Part shown: piece after piece, positions 15,546 to 28,200 of the stretch
Position numbering within the stretch: the first letter of the stretch is position 1
Layout of the letters: the number at the start of each line of letters is the position of its first letter
Assembly: GCA_009914755.4 (NCBI GenBank)
Contig: CP068257.2
Location: forward strand, 6,176,001-6,240,000
Direction of reading: 5' to 3'
Source of the DNA: the human T2T-CHM13v2.0 reference genome, Homo sapiens
DNA length: 64,000 bases
Program-made: the position numbers and the translations under genes
The notes under the pieces: model-generated
Databases searched by the model: none
Told to the model about the DNA's origin: nothing
The model's input: the letters and a program-made list of their open reading frames with translations, nothing else

Positions 15546-17470
15546 CGAAAGGGCTTCAGAAGGTGTTGGGAGAGCCTCAGCCAGAATTTCACGGACAGAC
15601 AAGGGCACAGAGAGGCGAGCAAGCTCCCTTGCACAACAGCCAGTGTGTGCAATGAGCGCAGGTTTAGCCACGAGTCCAGCAAAGAGAGCTAGAGGTCTGC
15701 GTTCTGCCGCCAGGAGCTCCATGGTGGCAGCTGGGAGGCTGCAGTGGCACGGGCGGGCCGGCGACGGTGGCGCAGAGGCTTAGAGGTGGGGAGCCGCCGG
15801 AAGGGTGTCAGGCCTGGACGCTGCGTGGGCCCAGTGTTTCCCGGGACAGTGGTCTCCACCCAGCCTGGAGACCAGGAGTGATATCTGGTTTCAGAGTCGA
15901 AGGACCAGGCACCTGGGAGAGGTGGGCAGGGCGCCTGCGCAGGTGGTGGCCTGTGCAACGTGGTCCCCTGTGGGTGTCACCCTGCTCCCTCGTGGGTCAC
16001 CTTTGCCCACACCGGCACAAGGGCAAGGAGTCTTCCCGCACCCCACGTGCCTTGCTCCTGGGGCTCTCCCACAGGGGGCTTTCGTGAGCCAGGGAGCGAG
16101 GGCCGTCCCTGTGCTCCAGCCCAGCCAGGCCGCGCCAGCAGAGGGGATCCCCCAACCTGCCCCGGCAGGCGGGGATTTTGCCAATTCTGCCCTGACTCCT
16201 CCGGAATGGGAGCTCTCCCACCCTCAGTCTTCTCGGTGGCCTCTGCAGCTGGGCAAAAGCTGGGAGGACCGGGACGCGCAGCGCGACAGCTTGCTGGACC
16301 CTTGCGCGGTGGGACCGCCTGGGCCTGCTCAAGCGGGGCCACAGGGCCAAGGTGTGCTTGTGCCACCCAAGTCCTAGGGGAGTCCGTCGTGGGGCTGTGG
16401 CCGGTGTCCGCAGGTCGCCGGGGCGGCGTGGGAACCCCAGGACGGGACAGCTCCACCATGCCAGTCCGCCCCCCCAGAGGCCTCGCCTGGCAGGGGCAGA
16501 TGCAAGGCATCCCGGTGCTCTCACAGGCCCTCCAGGAGCGGGGACGCTTGTCTGCACTCCCCTCCGGCCTGATGCTGGATGAGATCCTGGAGAGCTTGGA
16601 GTTTCTGCAGCAGATGCAACCTTTCCTAGAAACGGAGGCCCTGGGAGAGCTGGAGGCCTTGGAAGAGTCCGCCTTGCTGGAAGCACCCCTCAGAGAGGAA
16701 GAATACCGGGCTCTGCTGGAGGAGCTTCAGGACACGGGGTTGGGACAGGGTCATGTCGGGGCAGGGCTGTGGCCTCTCTTTCACGGGGAACACCTGACTG
16801 GCTGTGGAGGGGCGTGTCTTCCCCCAGCCCCCTCCACCGGGCTGACCGGCCTGGGATTCCTGCCTTCTAGGTCTAGGCGAGCTGAGAGAATCCACACAGT
16901 GGAGAACTGCCATTCTTTCCTGGACATCCCTGGGATCCCAGGGCCAGCCCAGGTACCAGCAGTTGGGCCGCCAACTGTGCACGTGCGGGTTTGTGGGCAG
17001 CCGCCTGGGCTGTGGGAGCAGCCTGGGCAGAGCTCTCTTGCCTTAACACTACCCCACACCCGCCTGACCACCACCTCCCCACCCCCACTCCCCACCCCGA
17101 GAAAACGCGTTCTCCCCTGGCCTGGGTGGAGACCCCGTCCTGTGAAACACTGGGCATGCGCAGCGTCCTGTCCTGACATCCCTGCAGTGTATTGCATCCT
17201 CTGCGCCTCCGCACCACTGTAGCCTGCCCGCGCATTCCCCTGAAGCCTCCCAGCTGCCACCATGGAGTGCCTGGCAGCGGAACGCAGACCTCTAGCTCTC
17301 TTAGCTTGCATCCTGGCTAGACCTGCACTAATTGCACACCTGGCTGATGTGCAAGGGAGCCAGCTGGCCTCTCTGTGCCCTTTTCCATCCATGAAATTCT
17401 GGCTGAGGTTCTCCCAACACCTTCCGACGCTCTTTCATTAAAGCCTGGAGAATAGTTACAACTCCTGGAT
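15545..17470 (+). repeat. Composite D4Z4-like unit C: a 320-bp 3'-flank fragment in minus orientation (15545-15865) fused at about 15865/15866 to the plus-orientation C-terminal half of a DUX4-like gene plus a complete 3' flank (15866-17470)
   Basis: 15545-15865 is collinear with unit A 880-1195. It is also the reverse complement of unit C's own 3' flank at about 17120-17470. Downstream of 15866 the plus strand encodes …IWFQSRR… then [12 protein letters not shown]…, matching DUX4 from homeodomain-2 helix 3 onward. Confidence 0.8.
15866..16730 (+). pseudogene. DUX4L: DUX4-like pseudogene fragment (C-terminal about 60%, frameshifted). The normal stop is lost (EEL-TAG -> CAG at 16728-16730).
   Basis: ORFs 15805..16377 (+) (…[22 protein letters not shown]…GPQGQGVL) and 15960..17222 (+) are in different frames. 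'ctgctggaggagcttcaggac' stands where the other units have 'gagctttaggac'. Confidence 0.75.
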
Positions 17471-20400
17471 GATCAGTTCAGAAACATGTTACAATAACCC
17501 CTCCCTGTGGAGCCTAGAGAAGATTTCCATCATCTGGGTGATCAGTGCAGAGACATATCACAATGTCCCCTGTACAAAAAGCCTGGAAATGATTTACATC
17601 ACCTCGGTGATCAGTGCATAGTTATGTCAGAAATCCCCAGTAGGCTGAACCTAGACAAGGGTTACATCACTTTGGTGATCAGTGCAGAGATATGTGAAAA
17701 TTCCCGTGTAGACAGAGCCTAGACAAGTGTTACATCACCTAGAGATCAGTGCAGGGATAAGTCGTAAAGCCTCCTGCAGGCAGAGTGTAGACAAGTGTTT
17801 CCTCCCTGAGGTTATCAGTGCAGTGATATGTCCCAAAGCCCCTGTAAGCAAAACCTTGACAAGTGTTACATCACCTGCTTGATCAGTGGAAATGCATATC
17901 ACAAAACCCCGTCTAGGCAAAGCCCAGATAATTGTTACATCACCTGGGTGAGCAGTGGAGAGATCTGTCACAATGCCCCAGTAGCCAGAGCTTAGACAAG
18001 GGTTACATCACCTGGGTGATCAGTGCAGAGATATGTCAAAATGCTCCTGTAGGCTGAACCTAGACAACAATTACATCACCCAGGTGATCAGTGCAGATAT
18101 ATGTGAGAATTCCCGTGTAGGCAGAGCCCAGACAAGTGTTACATCACCTAGGTTATCAGTGTGGGTATAAGTCATAAAGCCTCCTGTAGGCAGAGCATAG
18201 ACAAGAGATCCCTCCCCAGGGTGATCAGTGCAGAGATGTGTCACAAAGACCCTTTAGGCAGAGCCTAGACAAGAGTTTCATCACTTGGTTGATCAGTTCA
18301 GAGATGTGTCACAATGTCCATGTAGGCAGATCTAAGACAAGGCTCCATCACCTGGGTGATCAGTGCAGAGATATGTACCAACGTCCCCTGTAAGCAGGGC
18401 CTAGACAAGAGTTGCATCACCTCAGAGATCAGTGCATAGATATGTCACAAACCCTTCTGTAGGTAAAGCCCATACAAGACTTACATCACCTAGTTGATCA
18501 GTGCAGTGATATGTCACAAAAATACCTGTAGACAGAGCCTAGACAAGAGTTACATCACCTGGGTGATCAGTGCAGATATTTGACACAATGCCCACATAGA
18601 CAGCCTAGAGAAGACTTCCATCACCTGGGGGATCAGTGCAGAGATATGTCACAAATCCCCCTCTAGGCAGAGCACAGAGAATAGTCCCATCACCTGGGTG
18701 ATCAGTGCAGTGATATTTCACACTGCCTCCTGTAGGCAGAGAGTGGACAAGAGTTACATAACCTAGGTGATCTGTGTAGAGATAAGTCACAATCCCCCCT
18801 GTAGGTGGAAGCTTGACAAGAGTTACATCACCTGGGTGATCAGTGCAGAGATATGTTACAAAGCCCCAGTAGGGAGAGCCTAAACAAGAGTTACATCAAC
18901 TGGGTGATCAGTGCAGAAATACGTCACAAAACAGTGGTAGCCCGAGCCTAGACAAGAGTGACATATCCTGGCTGATCAGTGCAAAGATATGTCACAAAGC
19001 CACCTGTAGACAAATCCCAGAAAATTCATACATCACCTGGGTGATCAGTGGGACATCTGTCACAATTCTCCTTTAGGCACAGCTTAGACAAGTGTTACAT
19101 CACATGAGTGATCAGTGCAGAGATATGTCACTATGGCCCCATAGGCAGATCCAAGACAAGAGTCCATCACCTGGGTGATCAGTGCAGAAATATGCCATAA
19201 TGCCTCCAGTAGACAGATATAGACAAGAGTTACATCACCTGCGTTATCACTGCAGAGATATGTCAAAAAGCCCCTTTAGGCAGAACCTAGACAAGGGTTA
19301 CATCTCCTGGGTGATCAATGCAGAGATGTGTCACAAGCTCCCTGTAGCCAGAGCCTAGACAAGAGTTACATCAGCTGTGTGATCAGTGCAGTGACATGTC
19401 CCAATGTCCCTGTAGCCATATCCTTGAGAAAACTAACATCATCTGGGTGATCAGTGTGGAGATATGTCACAATGCCTCCAGTAGGCAGAGCCTAGACAAG
19501 GGTTACATCACCTGGGTGATCATGGAAGAGATATGTCACAATGCCCCCTGTAAGCAGATCCAAGACAAAAGGTACATCACCTCAGCGATCAGTGCACCGA
19601 TATGTCCCAATGTCCCTCTAGGCAGAGCTTAGACAAGAGTAACATCTCCTGAGTGATAAGTGCAGAGATAAGTCACAATGCACCCATAGGCAGAGCCTAG
19701 ACTAGAGTTAAATAACCAGGGTAATCCATGCAGAGTGATGTCACAAAGCCCTCTTTAGGCAGAGACTAGAAAAGAGTTGCATCACCTGGGTGATCAGTGC
19801 AGAGATATGTCACAATGCCCCTGTAGGCAGAGCATAGAGAAGTGTTGTATCACCTGAGCGATCAGTGCAGAGATATGTCACAATGCCCCCATAAGCAAAT
19901 CCAAGACAAGAGTCCGTCACCAAGGTGATCAGTGCAGAAATATGTGACAATGCCCCCAGTAGGCATAGCCTAGAGAACAGTCCCATTACCTGGGTGATCA
20001 ATGCAGAGATATTTCACAATATCTCTGCCCTACAGGCAGAGTATAAGCAAGAGTTACATCACCTACATGATCAGTGCAGAGATATGTCACAATGCCGCCT
20101 GTAGGCAGAGTATAGAGAAGAGTTGCAGCACCTGGGTGATCAGTGCAGGGATATGTCACAATGTCCCCTTTAGGCAGAGCATAGAGAAGAGTTGCATCAC
20201 CTGGGTGATCACTGCGGAGATATGTCACAATGTCCCCTGTAGACAAAGCCTAGGCAAGAGTTACATCACCTTTCTCATCAGTTCAGGAATATGTGAAAAC
20301 GCCCCTGTAGGCAGAGCCTGGACAAGAGTTACATCACCTAGTTGATCAGTGCAGAGATATTTCACAATACCCTCTGTAGGCAGACCCTAGACAAGAGTTG

Positions 20401-22430
20401 ATTCTCCAGGGTGATCAGTGCAGAGATATTTCACAATGCCCCCTTTGGGCAGAGGGTACACAAGAGTTACATCACCTAGGTGATCAGTGCAGAGATTTAT
20501 CAAAATTCCCTGTAGGCAATGCTTATAAAAGTGTTACATCACCTAAGTGATCAGTGTAGAGATATGTCACAAAGCTCCTGTAGGCAGAACTTAGATGAGT
20601 TACATCACCTGGGTGATCAGTGCAAAGTATGTCACAAAGCCCCCGGTAGGCACAGCCTAGAAAGTAGTTATATCACTTGGGTGATCAGTGGCGAGATCCC
20701 CCACAATTCCCTTTAGTCAGAATTATACAACAGTTACATCAACTGGGTGATCAGTGCAGAGATATATCACAATGCCCCCATAGGCAGATACAAGACAAGA
20801 GTCCGTAACCAGGGTGATCAGTGCAGTGATATGTCACAATGCCGCCATAGGCAGATCCAAGACAAGAGTCCGTCACCTGGGTGATCAGTGCAGAAATATG
20901 TCACAATGCCCCCTTAACAGAACCTAGAAAAAAGCCCCATCACCTGGATGATCAGTGCAGAGTTATGTCACAATGTCCCTTTAGGCAGATCCTAGACAAG
21001 AATTACATCCCTTGGATGATGAGTGCAGAGATATGTCACAATGCCACTGTAGGCAGAGCCTAGACAAGAGTTACATGACCTAGGTGATCAGTGCAGAGAT
21101 ACATTGCTATGTCCCTGTAGGCAGAGCCTTGACAAGTGGTGCATCACCTGGGTAATCATTGCAGGGATGTGTCACAAAGCACCCTGTAGGCAGATCCTAG
21201 AAAGGAGTAACATCACCTGGTTGATCAGTGCAGAGATGTCACAATGCCACTGTAGGCAGAGCCTAGACAAGAGTTACATGACCTATGTGATCAGTGCAGA
21301 GATATATCGCAATGCCCCTGTAGGGAGAGCCTTTACTAGAGTTATATCACCTGGGTGATCAGTGCAGTGATATGTCACAATGCCATGTAGCCTGAGCCTA
21401 GATTAAGTTATAGCACCTGGGGGATCAGTGCAGAGATATGTCACAATGTCCCCAATAGGCAGAGACCAGGCAAGAGTTGGATCACCTTGGGATCAGTGCA
21501 GAGATATGTCTCAATCCCCCTGTGGGCACAGCCTAGACGACAGTTACATCAGCTCGGTTAACAGTGCAGAGATACGTCAAGGTGCCCCTGTAGGCCGAGC
21601 CTACAAAAATGTTACATCAGTCAGGTGATCAGTGCAGAGATATGTCACCATACCCCCTGTAAGCAGAGCCTAGACAAGAGTTACATCACCTGGGTGATCA
21701 GTGCAGAGATATGTGACAAGGCCCCTTTAAGCAGAGCCTAGACAATAGTTACATCACCTGAGTGATCAGTGCAGAGATCTGTCACAATGCCCCTTTAGGC
21801 AGAGCTTAGACCAGAGTTACATCACCTGGGTGATCAGTGCAGAGATATGTTACAATGACCCCGTAGGCAAATCCAAGAGGAGAGTCCGCCACCTGGGTGA
21901 TCAGTACAGACATATGTGACCATGCCCCCAGTAGGCAGGGCCTAGGGAAGAGTCTCATCACCCTGGTGATCAGTGCAGAGATATTTCACAATGCCTCTGC
22001 AGGCAGAGCGTAAGCAAGTGTTACATCACCTAGATGATCAGTGCGGAGATATGTCACAAGGCCCCCTATAGGCAGAGCCTGGACAAGAGTTACATCACCT
22101 CTGTGATCAGTGCAGTGATATGTCACTATGCCCCGTAGGTAGAGCGTAGTCAAGCGTTACATCACCTGGGTGATCACTGCAGAGATATGTCACAATGTCC
22201 CCATACACGGAGCCTAGAAAAGAGGCCCATCACCTGGGTGATCCGTGCAGAAATATGTCACAATGCCCCATAGGCAAATCAAACACAAGAGTTGCATCAC
22301 CTGGGTGATCAGTGTAGAGATATGTCACAATGCCCCCATAGGCAGAGCCCAGAGAAAAGTCCCATCACCTGGGTGATTAGTGCAGAGATATGTCACAAAG
22401 CCCCTGTAGGCAGAGCCTAGACAAGTGTTA
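17470..22430 (-). repeat. Beta-satellite array, orientation B (reverse complement of orientation A); LSau-like diverged block at 17470-18350
   Basis: The plus strand now reads 'gatatgtcacaatgcccctgtaggcagagcctagacaagagttacatcacctgggtgatcagtgcaga' with 68-bp periodicity. Confidence 0.9.
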
Positions 22431-23117
22431 CATCATTTTGTTGATCTGTTCAGAGATGTGTCATGCTGACTGTTTGCTTCTGGAGCTCCGTGGGCACCCG
22501 GAAACATGCAGGGAAGGGTGGAAGACCAGCATGGTGCCTTCGCTCTCCTTGTCAGTTTCCAAACCGGCCACACTGCAGACTCCCCATGTTAGCGCACATG
22601 GGAATCCATCGTCAGGTCATCACGCCGGGGGGACGTCTTCTCTCTGGGGTCTCGCTCTGGTCTCCCACTTGGAAATGAACGAGAGTCACACGCCTGCATG
22701 TGTGAGACTGTGCCGGCAATGGCGACACCCACAAGCACTGCCTCCTTCACGGAGAGATGGCCTGGAACACTCAAAACTCCCATGGAGGTTCAGTTCCACA
22801 CTCCCCTCCACTCTCCCAGGCCGGTTTATCCCTGCTGAAGATGCGTGGGAGCCCAGAGAGCGGCTTCCAGTTCCTGCGGGATTCCTGGAGAAGTCCGGAG
22901 AGCCAGCCCCCGAAACGCACCCACCTCACCACTTCCCCCTCGCCCCCTTCATCTTCGTGTGTCCAGCCCCACCACCATCATCACCACTCACTCCCCCCCA
23001 CCACACCACCCCCCGGCCGCAGGCCTCGATGCCCTGTGTCCCTTCCAGGGTGGGGCGGGCTGTCCCAGGTCTCATTGCCATTCATGAAGGGGTGAAGCGT
23101 GCCTGCCTGTGGGCCTT

Positions 23118-23122
23118 TATAA
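23118..23122 (+). promoter_or_regulatory. TATAA box of unit D, 139 bp upstream of the ATG at 23257
   Basis: 'gggcctttataagagtcgctgg'. Confidence 0.35.
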
Positions 23123-23256
23123 GAGTCGCTGGTGGATATCCAGGCAGGCCTCCTGGCTGCACATGCCGCAGTGTGCATGTCGGCTGAGGTGTACGGGAGC
23201 CCGCCGGCCTCTCTCTGCCCATACCGTCCATGCAATTCTGGCCGGGGCTCCCCGCG

Positions 23257-24532
<1,276 letters not shown>

Positions 24533-25239
24533 TGAGACGGGGTCAGGATGGGGAAGGGCGGTGGCCTCTTTTTCGTGGGGAACACCTGGCTGGCTATGGA
24601 GGGGTGTGTCTTCCCCCCGACCCCTCCACTGGGCTGACCGGCCTGGGATTCCTGCCTTCTAGTTCTAGGCACAGTGAGAGACTGCACCCAGTAGAGAACT
24701 GCCATTCGTCCCTGGGCAACCCGGGGATCCAAGAGCCGACCCAGGTACCAGCAGGTGGGCCGCCTACTGTGCACGTGCAGGTTTGCAGGCAGCCGCCTGG
24801 GCTGTGGGAGCAGCCTGGGCAGAGCTTTCATGCCTTTCCACCACCCCACACACGCCTGACCATGCCATCCCCACCACACCACCCTCCCCCGGAAAATGCG
24901 TCCTTCCCTGGGCTGGGTGGAGACCCCCATCCCGTGAAACACCGGGCCCGTGCAGCGTCCAGGCCTGACACCCCTCCAGCGCCTTGCCTCCTCTGCGCCT
25001 ACCGTCCACTGTCGCCATCCCGCCCGTGCCCCTGCAGCCTCCCAGCTGCCACCATAGAGCGCATGGCAGCGGAACGCAGACTTCTATCTCTCTTTGCTGG
25101 CCTCCTGGCTAGGCCTGCGCTCATTGCGCACACCGGCTGACTTGCAAGGGAGCCCGCTGGTCTCTCTGTGCCCTTCTCCGTCTGTGAAATTCCAGCTGAG
25201 GCTCTCCCAACACATTCCGAGGCTCTTTAGTCAAAACCT

Positions 25240-28200
25240 GGTGAATAGTTACATATCCTGGATGATCATTTCAGAAATATGTCACAAGGCCACCTCCCTT
25301 TGGATCCTAGAGAAGATTTGCATCCTTTGGGTGATCAGTGCAGAGATATATCACAATGTTCCCTGTACAAAAATCCTGGAAATGATTTACAACACCTTGG
25401 TGATCAGTGCATAGGTATGTCAGAAATTCCCAGTAGGCTGAAACTAGATAAGGGTTACATCACGTAGGTGATCAGTGTAGAGATATGTGAAAATTCCCAT
25501 GTAGACAGAGCCTAGACAAGTGTTACATCACCTAGTGATCAGTGCAGGGATAAGTCATAAAGCCTCCTGTAGGCAGAGTGTAGACAAGTATTTCCACCCT
25601 GGGGTGATCTGTGCGGAGATATGTCACAAAGCCCATGTAAGCAGAACCTTGAGATGGGTCACATCATCTGTTTGATCAGTGGAAATGTATATCACAAAGC
25701 CCCCTGTAGGCAAAGCCCAGATAATTGTTACATCACCTGGGTGAGCAGTGGAGAGATCTGTCACAATGCCCCTGTAGGCAGAGCCTAGAAAAGGGTTACA
25801 TCACCTGGGTGATCAGGGCAGAGATATGTCAAAACGCTCCTGTAGGCTGAACCTAGACAGCAGTTACATCACCTGGGTGATCAGTGCAGAGATATGTGAG
25901 AATTCCCGTGTAGGCAGAGCCCAGACAAGTGTTAAATCAGCTACGTTATCAGTGCAGGTATAAGTCATAAAGCCTCCAGTAGGCAGAGCGTAGACAAGAG
26001 ATCCCTCCCCAGGGTGATCAGTGCAGAGATGTGTCACAAAGCCCCTGTAGGCAGAGCCTAGACAATACATTCATCACTTAGTGGATCAGTTCAGAGATGT
26101 GTCACTATGTCCATGTAGGCAGATCTAAGACAAGAGTCCATCACCTGGGTGATCAGTGCAGAGATATTTACCAATGTCCCCTGGAGGCAGTGCCTAGACA
26201 AGAGTTGCATCACCTCAGATATCAGTGCATGGATATGTCACAAAGCCTTCTGTTGGCAAAGCCCATACAAGGACTACATCACCTTGGTGATCAGTGCAGT
26301 GATATGTCACAAAAAATCCCTGTAGGCAGAGACTAGAAAAGAGTTACATCACGTGGGTGGTCAGTGCAGATATTTGACACAATGCCCCCATAGACAGAGC
26401 ATAGACAAGACTTCCATCACCTGGGAGATCAGTGCAGAGATATGTCACAAATCGACCTCTAGGCAGAGTATAGAGAAGAGTCCCATCACATGGGTGAACA
26501 GTGCAGAGATATTTCACAATGCCCGCTGTAGACAGAGAGTGGACAAGAGTTACATAGCCTAGGTGATCTGTGGAGAGGTATGTCAAAACACCCCTGTAGG
26601 CAGAGTCTAGATAAATGTTACATCACCTGGGTGATCAGTGCAGAGATACATCACAATACCCCCTATAGGTGGAGCCTACACAAGAGTAACATCACCTGGG
26701 TGATCAGTGAAGAGACTCGTCACAATACGCCCTGTAGGTGGAGCCTAGACAAGAGTTATATCACCTGGGTGATCAGTACAGAAATATGTCACAAAGCCCC
26801 TGTAGGCTGAGCCTAGACAAGAGTTACATCTCCTGGATGATCAGTGCCAAGATATGTCACAAAGCCCCCTGTAGACAAATCCTAGAAAATTGTTACATCA
26901 CCTGGGTGATCAGTGGAGATATCTGTCACAATTCCCCTTTAGGCGCAGCATAGACAAGCGTTACATCACATGAGTGATCAATGCAGAGATATGTCACTAT
27001 GCCCCCATAGGCAGATCTAAGACAAGAGTCCATCACCTGGGTGATCAGTGCAGAAATATGCCACAATGCCGCCAATAGGCAGATATAGACAAGAGTTACA
27101 TCACCTGCGTTATCACTGCAGAGATCTGTCACAATGCCCCTGTAGGCAGAGCCCAGTCAAGGGTCCCAACACCTGGGTGATAAGTGCAGAGTTGTGTCAC
27201 AAAGCCCCCATTTGACAGAGCCTAGAGAGGGGTTACATCACCTGGGTGGTCAGTGCAGAGATGTTTCACAAGTCTCCTGTAGCCAGAGCCTAGACAAGAG
27301 TTACATCAACTGTGTGATCAGTGCCCTGACATGTCACAATATCCCAGTAGCCATATCATTGACAAAAGTGACATAACCTGGGTGATCAGTGCGGAGATAT
27401 GTCACAATGTCTCCAGTAGGCAGAGCCTAGACAAGAGTTACATCACCTGGGTGATCATGGCAGAGATATATCACAATGCCCCCTGTAAGCTGATCCCAGA
27501 AATGAGTTGCATCACCTCGGTGATCAGTGCAGAGATATGTCATAAATCCCACTGTAGGCAAAGCCTAGACCAGTTTTACATCACCTCAGTGATCATTACA
27601 GAGATATGTCCCAATGTCCCTCTAGACTGAGCTTAGACAAGAGTCACATCTCCTGGGTGATCAGTGCAGAGATAAGTCACAATGCCCCCATAGGCAGAGC
27701 ATAGACAAGACTTACATAACCTGGGTTATCCGTGCAGAGTTATGTCACAACGCCCTCTGTAGGCAGAGACTAGAAAAGAGTTACAACACCTGGGTGATCA
27801 GTGCAGAGATATGTCACAATGCCCCTGTAGGCAGAGCATAGAGTAGAGTTGCATCACCTGGGTGATCAGTGCAGAGATATATCCCAATGTCCTCTGTAGG
27901 CAGAGCATAGAGAAGAGTTGCATCACCTGGGAGATCAGTGCAGAGATATGTCACAATGTCCACTGTAGGCACAGCGAAGGCAAGAGTTGCATCACCTGGG
28001 TGATCAGTGCAGATGTATGTCACAATGTCCCCTGTAGGCAAAGCCTAGGCAAGAGCTACATCACCTTTGTCATCAGTTTAGGGATATGTGAAAATGCCCC
28101 TGTAGGCAGAGCCTTGACAAGAGTTACACCACCTAGTTGATCATTGCAGAGATATTTCACAATACCCCCTGTAGGCATATCTTGGAGAAGAGTTGAATCA

